Source: Squalus acanthias (lineage: Eukaryota). From it: 64,000 nt of DNA. The notes under the pieces were generated by a model. The model ran no database searches. It was not told the origin of the DNA and worked only from the letters and a program-made list of their open reading frames with translations. The position numbers and the translations under genes were made by a program. How positions within the stretch are numbered: the stretch's first letter is position 1; the number at the start of each line of letters is the position of its first letter. Shown one piece after another: positions 11,859 to 23,108 of this stretch. The stretch covers positions 77,378,001-77,442,000 of the forward strand of contig CM059432.1 in assembly GCA_030390025.1 (NCBI GenBank), given 5' to 3'.

Positions 11859-13717
11859 ATGGCTGATCATAGGCCCAGGGAGAGAGCTCACTGGTTTAGC
11901 GACCAGGTATTGGAGGCCTGGTTGTGGCTGTGGAACGCCGACGGGCAGTGCTGTTTCCAGACACTGACAGGAGGCCATTGCCCCGGGAGTTCACAAGGGT
12001 GTGGAGGGAGGTTGCCCATTATGTATCATCCAAATGACTCACACGCAATGCTGCAAGAAGTTCAACGACCTTACTGGGGTGGTCAGGGTGAGTAGATGCT
12101 TGAAATACCTCTGCATCCCACCATCTCAACCTTACTCTGTGCACAGACGGTATAAAGTTCCAAATCCCCAACACTCACCCAACAACTATGCCCATCTACT
12201 GAAAGTCACATCCACATCCCACACCTTGCAGACATTACCGGCTATTCAACTATGGTAGGCACATCTGCCAAACACATGGCTACACACTCACTCACACGCT
12301 GTCCTTTTTCTTGCAGGCCAAGCTTTCACATAACAGGAGGGAGCAACAACGCACGGAAGGACAGGCGGAGCTGCACCCCCTCACACAGCTGGAGGAGCGA
12401 GTTCACAGACTAATCATGAGCCATGTCGTGGGCATTGTGGCAGTTGGAGAGGTCGACCTCCTTGGGGACAGCAACAGTATGTTCATCATCTCTCTCTCCT
12501 CTCTAATACCACTTCCCCCTCACAACACCAGCCTTTCCCACTTTCCATCTAACTATACTGTCTCCATTCCTTGCTCCCTTCCTGCCCCCCTGCCCTCACG
12601 TTAAAGCCACTCTTGTACCTTACTGCTTTCAGATAGTGAGCCACCATCTGACCAGCCTGTTCCTCAGCCTCCCAGTGGCAGCGACACAGGAGAGGAGGAA
12701 GAACACGAAGCCGGAGCCTCACTGCTTGCATCTACCGAGGGTGAGACATCCGATACTGGGGCCACGCGGTCACTGGAGGGGAGCAGAGGAAATGGCTCTG
12801 ATGTGGGTGAAGCTCCGGGATCCAGTGGACTGCAGCAACGCCACGGGGGAAGGGAAGCTCAGGGGCCATCTCCCCGGAGGGTGAGTGTGCGCACGAGTTC
12901 TGCTGCACGGAAGTCGGATGATGACCCCAACATCGCGGCCATGAATACTCAGGCGATGAGCATGCATACTGAGCTCATGGGTGCAATGGCAAGGGTGCCC
13001 GAGAGCATGGGTGCACTGGCTAGGAGTGTGGAGGAGTTCGCCACCAGCACAGCTGTCATCTGTGCACAAACCCTCGAACCCATCCTTGCTTCGTTGCAGA
13101 GGATGGTTGACTTGCAGAGAGACCGTGGGGACCCAGACCACATCCGCCGTGTAATGGGTGAGGTGGCAGCATCTATTGCAGCACAGGCCGAGGCAATGTA
13201 ACGGCTTAGTGCTGGAATCAAGTCATTGGTTGGTGCCATCCAATTTCAGACTGCTCTGATGCAGTTTCAGGTTAATGCCACACAAGCACTGACTGCTGCC
13301 ATCCTCGCTGGGTCGCCCACTGTCCACCGGGGATCTCACGATGCCGCAGCAGGCCAGCAATCTGTGCTCAAGCAGATTGCTCCGGATGCTGAGGTTCTGC
13401 CCCGGGGGAGTGGCATTGTGTCGGTCGAACACGAAGGTGCTGTCCTCTCTCAGGATGACAGCATTCCTGCTGTCACCACTGCCACTCCGACATTGCACTT
13501 GCCACAGCCTGTAACCCAGCTATCCCAGACTGCTGCCGCCCATGCAGAGTTGGTGCAGTCTGCAGCCGGGCCCTCCAGGCCCAGAGCTGGTCGAGGGCGT
13601 CCTTCAAGGCCATCTGCAGTCTCTGGATCCCAGACTCAGCAGCCTTCCACCAGCCTTGCTGCAGCCACTGGGGCCACATTACGGAGGAGCAGTAGGGTTG
13701 GAAGGGAGGAAGTGTGA
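11859..13717 (+). pseudogene. Harbinger Myb/SANT-like gene; exons 11859-12087, 12317-12476, 12633-13717
   Basis: MADHRPRERAHWFSDQVLEA...QCCKKFNDLT; GT-AG introns (AGG|GTGAGT, TTGCAG|, ACA|GTATGT, TTTCAG|); frameshifts and stops. Confidence 0.85.
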
Positions 13718-14026
13718 AGGGGAGGGGGATTAACTAAAATTTTTCTAACATATCGGGGGAATGTTCGATGCGTATGTAAATATATTGTTCAGTCTGTTAA
13801 GACTTATTTTGATGTGGTAAGAACCAGTTTTGCTTGTTAATGAATTGTTGTGTTTGTTTGTTATTGGTTGTGCTTAATAAGACACAGTTGTTCAGAAAAA
13901 TAAAATATTTTATTGAAACGTTACAAATTTCCTCATGTTACTCATTGGAACTTTGCCTGGTAAGAGGGGCTGCGGGATGGCTGTAATGATGAGCTTGTTG
14001 ATCCCAAATCCCATCTTCTCTGTCAT

Positions 14027-15018
14027 TCATCGGAAGCACTGTGTTATGAGGCGTTCACGAACGGCCCTTGCAGAAGCAACATTGAGCGCCTCCCTCCCAG
14101 GTTGTTGTTGCTCATCTTCCTCTTCATCCTCTTCCTCCGCCTCTTCCTCCTCCTCCTCTCCCTCTTCCTCCTCCTGAGGTGGTCCACCAATCCCTGGTGG
14201 CAATGGCTGAGTCCTCAGAATTGCGAGGTTGTGAAGCATGCAGCACACAACAATGAAAACCGATACGCGATCGGGGGAGTACTGCAGGGCTCCTCCAGAG
14301 TGGTCAAGACACCGGAACCGTTGCTTCAGCACGCCGATCGTCTGTTCAATGAGGTTCCTAGTGGTGCTATGGCTCTCATTGTATGCAAGCTCAGCAGGAT
14401 TGTTGGGGTTACAGAGCAGTGTCATCAGCCAGGTGCAGAGTGGATAACCCTTGTCTCTGAGGCCCCAGCCACCAGGTTAATGCGGTGGTTGGAACAGGTC
14501 TGGTACACCAGTCTGGCACAGGATGAATGCATCGTGGCTGCTGCCAGGATAGCGGGCATTGACGGCGAGGATGTGATGTCTGTGGTCGCAAACCAACTGG
14601 ACGTTCAGAGAGTGGAAGCCTTTGTGGTTGTGGAAAACCTCTGCATTTTCATGAGGTGCCCGCAATGCCATGAGCGAAAAAGTCAATGGCACCCTGAACC
14701 ATGGGGAAGCCCGCTATCCTAGCGAAGCCACATGCGCATTCACGTTATTTGTCTCGCTTCATGGGGAATGAGATGTACTCCCTTCCCCTTTTGTAGAGAG
14801 CATTTGTGACCTCCCAAATGCAACAATGGACAGCGAACTGGGAGATGTTCACCATATCCCCTGTTGAAGCCCTGAAGGAGCATCTGGTGTAGAAATTGAG
14901 AGCCACTGTCACCTTCACTGTCACTGACAGAGATGTCCTGGTCCTGAGCTGAGGCTGGAGCTCTGGCTGCAGGAGGTGGCAGAGCTCTGTGATCACCTCC
15001 TTGCTGAAGCGGAGCCCT
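14027..15018 (-). pseudogene. HARBI1-like DDE transposase, 5'-truncated and frameshifted
   Basis: [57 protein letters not shown], poly-Glu tail. Confidence 0.92.
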
Positions 15019-15021
15019 TCA

Positions 15022-15160
15022 AATAGTCGACTTCAGATTGCATCATGAGGATGCTTCCCTGAAATTACTGCTGGGTATAGTCAGGAGCAGGAGGGACATA
15101 CTTTTCCCCAGCAATGGTTTTGGAAGCAGTGCAGGAAGCAGTTTAATGATCTAACCAGGG
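15022..15160 (+). pseudogene. Short Myb exon-1 fragment from a different Harbinger family
   Basis: DASLKLLLGIVRSRRDILFPSNG...QCRKQFNDLTR. Confidence 0.6.
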
Positions 15161-17742
15161 ACAGAAAACATTGGTGGGAGTAGTTTATAGGCCCCCTAAC
15201 AGTAGCTGTACTGTTGGACAGAGTATTAAACAAGAAATAATAGGAGCTTGTAACAAAGGTAATGCAATAATCATGGGGACTTTAATCTTTATACAGACTG
15301 GGCAAATCAAATTGGCAAAAATAGTCTGGAGGATGAGTTCATGGAATGCATTCAAGACAGTTTCCTAGAACAATACGTTGTGGAACCAACCAGGGAACAG
15401 GCTATTTTAAATCTTGTTTTGTGTAATGAGACAGGGTTAATAAGTAATCTCATAGTAAAGGATCCTCTGGGAAGAGTGATCATAATATGATAGAATTTCA
15501 CATTGAGATTGAGAGTGAAATACTTAAGTCCGAAACTATAGTCTTAAACTTAAATAAAGCTAATTGCATAGGTATGAGGGGCAAGTTGGCTAAGGTTGAT
15601 TGGGAAATTAGATTAAAAGGTATGACGGTAGATAAGCAGTGGCAAACATTTAAAGAAATATTCCAAAATTCTCAACCAATATACATTCCATTGAGTAATA
15701 AAAACTCCACAGGAAAAATAATCCATCTGTGACTAACTAAAGAAGTTAAGCATAATATTAGATTAAAAGAAGAGGCTTATAATGTTGTGAAGAATTGTAG
15801 TAAGCCTAAGGATTGGGAGCCCTTTAGAAACCAGCAAAGGATGACCAAAAAATTGATAAAAAGGGAGAAAATAGAATGAGTGTAAACTAGCAAACAGATT
15901 GTAAGAGCTTCTACAAGTATGTAAAAAGAAAGCGAGCGTTGCATTAAAGAGAAGCAAAAGTAAGCGTTGGTCCCTTAGAGGCTGAGACAGGAGAAATTAT
16001 GATGGGGAATAAAGAAATGGCAGAGACTTCAAACAAAAATTTTGTATCTGTCTTCACAGTAGAAGACACAAAAAGCATACCAAAAATAGTGGGGAACCAA
16101 GGGGCTAATGTGAGTGAGGAACTTAAAGTAATTAAGATCAGTAGAGAAAAAGAAATTGAGAAACTAATGAGACTAAAAGCCGACAAATCCCCTGGACCTG
16201 ATGGCCTACATCCTAGGGTTCTAAAAGAGGTTGCTGCAGAGATAGTGGATGCATTGGTTGTGATCTTCCAAAATTCCCTAGATTCTAGAATGGTGCCAGC
16301 AGATTGGAAGGTAGCAAATATAACTCTGCTATCCAAGAAAGGAGGGAAGAGAGAAAACAATAAACTACAGACCTATTAGCCTGACATCAGTCGTCGGGAA
16401 AATGCTGGAATCCATTATTAAGGAAGTGGTAACAGGGCACTTAGAAAATCATACTATGATTAGGCAGAGTCAACATGGTTTTATGAACGGGAAGTCGTGT
16501 TTGACAAATTTATTCGAGTTTTTTGGGAATGTGACTAGCAGGGTAGATAGAAGGGAACCAGTGGATGTAGTATATTTTGATTTCCAAAAGGCATTCGATA
16601 AGATGCAACATAAAAGAAAGTTTGCTACGTAAGATAAGGGCTCATGGGGTTGGAGATAATAAATTAGCATGGCTGGAGGATTGGCTAATGGACAGAAAAG
16701 AGAGAGTAGGAACAAACGGATCATTTTCAGGTTGACAGGCTGTAACTAGTGGGGTGCCGCAAGGATCAGTGCTTGGGCCTCAGGTATTTACAATCGATAT
16801 TAATGACTTAGATGAGGGGACCGAGTGTAATGTATCCGAGTTTGCTGATGATACAAAGCTAGGTGGGAAAGTAAGCTGTGAGTAGGACACAAAGAGCCTG
16901 CAAAGGGATATAGACAGGTTAAGTGAGTGGGCAATAAGGTGGCAGATGGAGTATAATGTGGGGAAATGTGATGTTATTCACTTAGGTAGGAAAAATAGAA
17001 AAACAGAAATGTTTTTAAATCATGAGAAGCTATTACATGTTGGTGTTCAGAGAGATTTAGGTGTCCTCGGAAAGGAAACACAGAGAGTTAGTACGCAGGT
17101 AGAGCAAGCAATAAGGAAGGCAAATGGCATGTTCGCCTTTATTGCAAGTGTGTTGGAGTACAAGAGTAAGGAAGTCTTGCTACAATTGTACAGGGCCTTG
17201 GTGAGACCACACCTGGAGTATTGTGCACAGCTTTGGTCTCCTTATCTGAGGAAGGATATACTTGCCTTGGAGGCGGTGCAACGAAGGTTCAGTAGATTGA
17301 TTCCTGGGATGAGAGGGTTGTCCTATGAGGAGAGATTGTGTAGAATGGGCCTATACTCTCTGGAGCTTAGAAGAATGAGAGGTGATCTCATTGAAACATA
17401 CAAGATTCTGAAGGGGATTGACGGGGTAGATGCTGAGAGGTTGTTTCCCCTGGCTGGAGAGTCTAGAACTGGGGGGCGTAGTCTCAGAATAAGGAGTTGG
17501 CCATTTAAGACTGAGATGGGTTGTGAATCTTTGAAATTCTCTAACCCAAAAGACTGTGGATGCTGAATCATTGAGTGTATTCAAGGGTGAGATAGATAGA
17601 TTTTTGGACTCTAGAGGAATCAAGGGATATGGAGATCAGGCGGGAAAGTGGAGCTGAGGTTGAAGATCAGCCATGATCTTATTGAATGGTGGAGCAGGCT
17701 CGAGGGGCCGTATGGCCTACTCCTGCTCCTAATTCTTATGTT
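15160..17742 (+). mobile_element. CR1 LINE, 5'-truncated ORF2 (APE part plus RT), degenerate
   Basis: [72 protein letters not shown] tail. Confidence 0.95.
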
Positions 17743-17794
17743 TCTATCTATATAAATTATATAGATCTATATAAATTTATATAAATAATTATCT

Positions 17795-18534
17795 AAATAT
17801 CGGGATGACCGAAGCCAGTGTGTTCGGTCCCCACCACAAACTCCATTCCCTAGGCAACGACTCCATCCTTCTCCCTAGCATCTGTCTGAGGCTGAACCAG
17901 ACAGTTGGCAACCTTGGTGTCATATTTGACCCTGAAATGAACTTCCAACCACATAGCCACACTATAACTAAGACCACCTATTTCTACCTCCGTAACATCT
18001 GTTGAAACTCTCACCCATGCCTTTGTTACCTCTAGACTTGACTATTCCAATGCACTCCTGGCAGGCCTCCCACAATCTACCCTATGTAAACTTGAGGTCA
18101 TTCAAAATTCGGCTGCCTGTGTCCTAACTCACAACAAGTCCCGTTCACCCATCACCCATGTGCTCGCTGACCTACATTGGCTCCCCGTTAAGCAATGCCT
18201 CGATTTAAAAATTCTCATCCTTGTTTTCAAATCCCTCCATGGCCTCGCCCCTCCCTATCTTTGTAATCTCCTCCAGCCCCGCAAACCCTGCCCCCACCCC
18301 CCCCACCGCCCCCCCCCCACCCCGAGACATCTGCGCTTCTCTAATTCTGGCCTCTTGAGCATCCCTGATTTTAATCGCTCAACTATTGGTGGCCGTGCCT
18401 TCAGCTGCCATGGCCCGAAGAACTCCCTCCCTAAACCTCTCCACCTCTCTATCTCTCTTTCCTCCTTTGAGACACTCCTTAAAACCTACCTCTTGTCTGC
18501 CCTAATTTCTCCTTATGTGGCTCAGTGTCAAATT
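17795..18534 (+). mobile_element. L2-type LINE 3' fragment
   Basis: NLGVIFD, SRLDYSNALL, LHWLPV, FKSLHGLAPPYL, GGRAFS. Confidence 0.88.
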
Positions 18535-19909
18535 GGCCAGAAATTTCCGGGGTGGTAGCAGGCGCGTTCGGTGGTGGGTCAGGTGGGAAAGTTGTTATTT
18601 TTGACAGCAGGTCAGGAACCTGCTGTCTTCTCACCCTCCGCGCCTTTCCCCCAGGCGCGTCTGTCATCGTGGAACCGAGCCGACCGGCAGCGACGGGGGA
18701 CCCGATTGAGATGATTATCAGGTAGTTTACAGGCACTTGAGAGCCTTTTTTCACTTACTTTTTTAATTTCCCTGCATGGCCACGGGATTCACGCAGCTCG
18801 GGAACCATGTCTGTCAACCTGAGGCGGGAGTTCCATGCTCATTGCTCCAGCTGATTACTTGACAGCATGAAATGTTCAGTGACAGCTCCCACCCGACAGA
18901 TGATCACTTTCCTCAGGCAGAAGCTGTTGCTCAGTCCATTTCCAGCACAGATTCTACAGGCTGCAAGTCTTTCCAGCAAAGTCTCCAACCAGTGTCACTT
19001 CATTGGAAGAACTCTCTCACCATTGACAGAATGCTTCTGTCATCTGTACTTCACCTGCCATCTATTCCATCAACATGGGTGCCGTTTATACTGCCTCACC
19101 TTGGTCTTCAGAATCGGACCACGATGAACCCCAACACCAGCAGCACCAACAACAACACCAACCTTCTCCGCAATCACCTAATGCTGCACAGGATACAGGG
19201 CATCAGCACCCAAGCACATTGCTGCCAGAGATGTCCTCATCATGACCAGATTTAGTTAATTTTATGCTGTACACCTATAAGGCTGCCACATGATGCACCA
19301 GGTTGGCACCACCCCACACCAACACCATAAAGCATCCCTACAATGACCAAGCAATTCCTTTCACACTCATCACCATTGCGGGGGGTACCGTTATGTCTCA
19401 CCATTCACTGCAACTCACTAAACCACTTCCAAAGGTGCACACAAATCTGTCCAAGACCAGATGATGTTGAAAATAAAGATTTTTATGTTTGACACCACAT
19501 TAACAGAAACTTTACATAAACATTGGATGAGACACCCACGTGGCCACCCTTGTGTGTTGTTAGTTGGTATGATTGCACTAGGATGAGGGTGAGTGTGAGG
19601 GGTGGCTAGTGAGATGGGGATGTGATAATGTAGATAGAGAGGGAGGGATGGGTGGAGGTGCAAGGTAAGTTGGTGTGAGTAAGGATGTGCAGGAGTAGGG
19701 TAGGAAAGGCAGCGTGATGGGGATGTGATGAGAGGCACAGCAGGATGAAGTTGAGTGTGGCTTTGTACTAATGTTTCCTGATCTAATGAGATCATTGAAA
19801 CATTTGCGGCACTGCACCCAGGTCCTCCTGACCACATCCCTGCTTGTGACCTCCTCTGCAATCTGCAACCAGGCTGTCTTGGTCTCTTGGGGAGGTCTCT
19901 TCCACCCTC
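18535..19909. mobile_element. Non-autonomous Harbinger (family B) copy 1, truncated; inverted relative to 40417-42284
   Basis: Terminus GGCCAGAAATTTCC; collinear with the reverse complement of ~40795-42284; Myb exon-1 stub on minus (WVQCRKCFNDLIR). Confidence 0.85.
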
Positions 19910-20995
19910 CAGGATCTACAGTGGAGGGAGCGGAGGCAGCGAGAAAGATTGGAACATGTGGCCAGAGGGAGGAGAAGGGCCATGAGGGCTCTCAACAGGA
20001 GGCCTTACCCTCTGAGGGTATTCCAAGAGCACTTCTCCTACCTCCAATTAAGCGAGGAGCAGTATATTAGAAGGCTCCCCTTCAGCAAGGAGGTGGTCAC
20101 AAAACTCTGCTACCTCCTGCAACCAGACTTCAAGCCTCAGATCAGGGCAACCATGGGTCTCTCAGTGGCAGTCAAGGTCACTGTCAGCCTCAATTTCTTC
20201 GCCAGTGGATCCTTCCAGTCTGCAACAGGAGATATAGCTAACATCTCGCAGTTTGCCGCCCATCGTTGCATCCAGGAGATCACAGAGGCCCTCTACAGTA
20301 GGAGAAGGGACTACATTTCCTTCCCCATCACCAGAGAGAAGCAGGACGAACGTGCATGTGGCTTTGCCAGGATAGCGGGCTCCCCCATGGTGCAGGACGC
20401 CATTGACTGCACCCACGTGGCTTTGCGGGCACCGCATAACAATCCTGAGATCTTCCGTAACCGCAAAGGCTAACACTCACTTAATGTGCAGTTGGTGTGC
20501 GACCACACACAGCGAATCCTCACCATCAGTACCTGCTATCCTGGCAGCAGCCACGATGTCTTCATCCTGCGCCAGACCGGTGTGCCAGCACTCTTCCAGC
20601 CACCACATCAAGCTCACGGCTGGCTGCTCGGAGACAAGGACTATCCACTCTCCACCTGGCTCATGAATCCCCTCCGCAACCCCAACACTCCTGCCCAGCA
20701 CTCATATAATGAGAGCCATGCTGCCACCAGGAACATCATCGAGCAGACCATCGGAGTGTTCAAGCAACGGTTCCGCTGCCTTGACCGCTCGGGAGGAGCC
20801 CTCCAATACTCGCTGGAGTGGGTGTCCCAATTCATGGTGGTCTGCTGCATGCTGCACAACTTGGCCATCATGAGGGCCCAGCCCTTGCCACCAGGGATTG
20901 CGGAACCACCTCAGGAGGAGGAAGAGGGAGAGGAGGAAGAGGATGAGGACGAGGAGGAAGAGGAAGACGAGAAGGAGGAGGAGGAACAGGAGTGA
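19910..20995 (+). pseudogene. HARBI1-like transposase, one frame with a single nonsense codon (TAA 20471-20473), start lost
   Basis: ORFs 19949-20473 and 20486-20995 share a frame; DDE motifs AIDCTHV, LLGDKDY, RNIIEQT. Confidence 0.93.
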
Positions 20996-21218
20996 GCCAC
21001 TCAATCGGCCTTCCAGAAGGGCGGTCTGTCGCTCATCAGACTGCGGTTCGAATAAATTAAACCCCAGATCCCCGTTGCTCACCACATCGCCATCGTTCCA
21101 TCCCTATCGCACACCATATCACAGCGCTAAGGTGAAATGAGAGACCACAAAATAATCCAAACTGAATTAATAAATTTATCAATAATCAGTGAACACATAT
21201 TTACATCAAAAATATTAC

Positions 21219-23108
21219 CTATTCACCCTTGTGCAATCCCTTGGTGCCTGTCGTTAATGTGCCTTTGCCTACTCTAATGCTCCTACGAAGTGTTGGCCCA
21301 GTGGCTGCAGCAGAGCTGGAGGAAGGCTGCTGAGTGTCCATGTGGGAGACTTCAGATGGCCTTGCAGGACGCCCTCGACCAGCTCTGTGCCTGGAAGGCC
21401 CGGCTGTAGACTGCACCACCTCAGCATGGGCGGCAGCAGTCTGGGCTGGCTGGATGACAGGACAAGGACAATGGCTGAGTGCCAGTGGTGGAAGCAGGAA
21501 TGCTGTCATCCTGAGAGAGGACAGCAGCTTCCTGCTCCACTGACACTCCCCAGGGGCAGCACCTCAGCATCCCTAGCAATCTGTTGAAGCACAGATTGCT
21601 GGCCTGCTGCGACACTGTGAAAGCCCTGGTCGACGGTGGTAGACCCAGCCACGATGGCAGCAGTCAGAGCTTGTGTGGTATCAAGCTGAGATTGCATGAG
21701 AGCAGTCTGAGATTGGATGCCACTAAGCATAGACTGCATTACAGCACTAAGACGTTGTGTCGCTTCCGCCTGTGCTGCAATGGAAGCTGCCAGATTGCCC
21801 ATCACACGCAGCATCAGGTCTGGGTCACCACGGTCTCTCTGGGAGTCTACCATCCTTTGCAGACTGAAAATGATGGGCTCCATGATGTGCACAGATCCTT
21901 GTGCAATGTTGGAGGCAGACTCCTCCACGCTTTTTATTATTGCCGACAGGCTCTTGGGCACCCTCGTCATTGCACCTATCATTTCCGTGTGCATGCCCAT
22001 CACCCTTCTTCTAAACACCTCCCCATCGAGGTCCTCATTTGAGTCCGGTGCAGCAGAACTTGCGCACGAACTCGCCCTACGGGGAGCTGGCCCCCGAGCT
22101 ACCCTTTACCCCTGGCCTTGCTGCAGCCGACTCGTCCCTGGTGCATCACTCTGTGCAGATCCCACTACTATACTAGCCTCTAAAGAATGCGTAGTGCCAG
22201 TATCTGAGCTGGTGCCTGCGGGTGAGACAAGCAGTGACGCGATGTCTTCTTCCTCCTCCTCTTCTCCCGCCTCGCTCTCAACGGTGCCCTCAGGGACAGG
22301 CTCCTCAGGTGCTTGCTGATTATCTGAAAGCCTAAAGGCACAAGATTCGGTTTAAGGTGAGGGGAAGGGGGCAGGAAGGGAGAAATGCATGCATACAGCA
22401 TGATTAGCTGGAAAGCATGAAACGCTTGTGGGGTGAGGAGAAGTGGGATGTGAGAAGAAGGAGTAGGGATGAACATACCGTTGTTGTCCCCACGGGGGTC
22501 AACGTCGCCGGTGGCCATGTCGCCCACCACCTGGTGCCCTATAATCTGCAATAATCGAGACTCCAGCTCAGACAGTGGTTGGGTGTCGGCTTGTCCCCTG
22601 CCTGTATGCTCCTGCTCCCTCCTGTTGTGCGCCACCTTGGCCTGCAAGAGAAAGGAAAGTGTGTGAGTGAATGTGAAGCAATGTGTTTGGGTGATGCACC
22701 TGCCATAGTTGAATAGCTGTCATTGTGTGCAAGGTGTAAGATGTGGGTGTGAGTGTTGGTAGGTAGAGATTGTTGGTGGGTGAGTGCTGGGGTTGTGGTG
22801 CTTTGGGCACTGTGTGAAAATTGTGGTACAGATAGTGGTATGTAGCATTTGTTGAAAGATTGACTCACCCTGACCACCCGAGTAAGGTCATTAAATTTCT
22901 TCCTGCACTGTGTGGGTCCTGGGACCACAGTGCTGCCCAAGACATGCTGTGCTACCTCCTTCTACATGGTGTAGAAGACTTGCAGCGAGGGCCTCCTGTC
23001 ACTTGCTGGGTACAGCACCGCCCTCCGTCTCTCCACAGTGAAGACCAATGCCTCCAATGCCTCATCGCTGAATCTGCAGGCTCTCTCCCTGGTGCGTGGA
23101 TGTGCCAT
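21219..23108 (-). pseudogene. Harbinger Myb/SANT-like gene; exons 23108-22869, 22641-22479, 22323-21219
   Basis: MAHPRTRERACRFSDEALEALV...QCRKKFNDLTRVVR|GTGAGT; GT-AG introns at the same positions as copy A. Confidence 0.88.

Larger units (their letters stand above)
11504..15020 (+). mobile_element. Harbinger element A (Myb +, transposase -); right end lost
   Basis: Terminus GGGGAAAAATTCGG at 11504; convergent two-gene layout. Confidence 0.88.

Noticed and set aside
17743..17800. AT-rich palindromic stretch
   Set aside because: Low-complexity sequence at a CR1 tail junction
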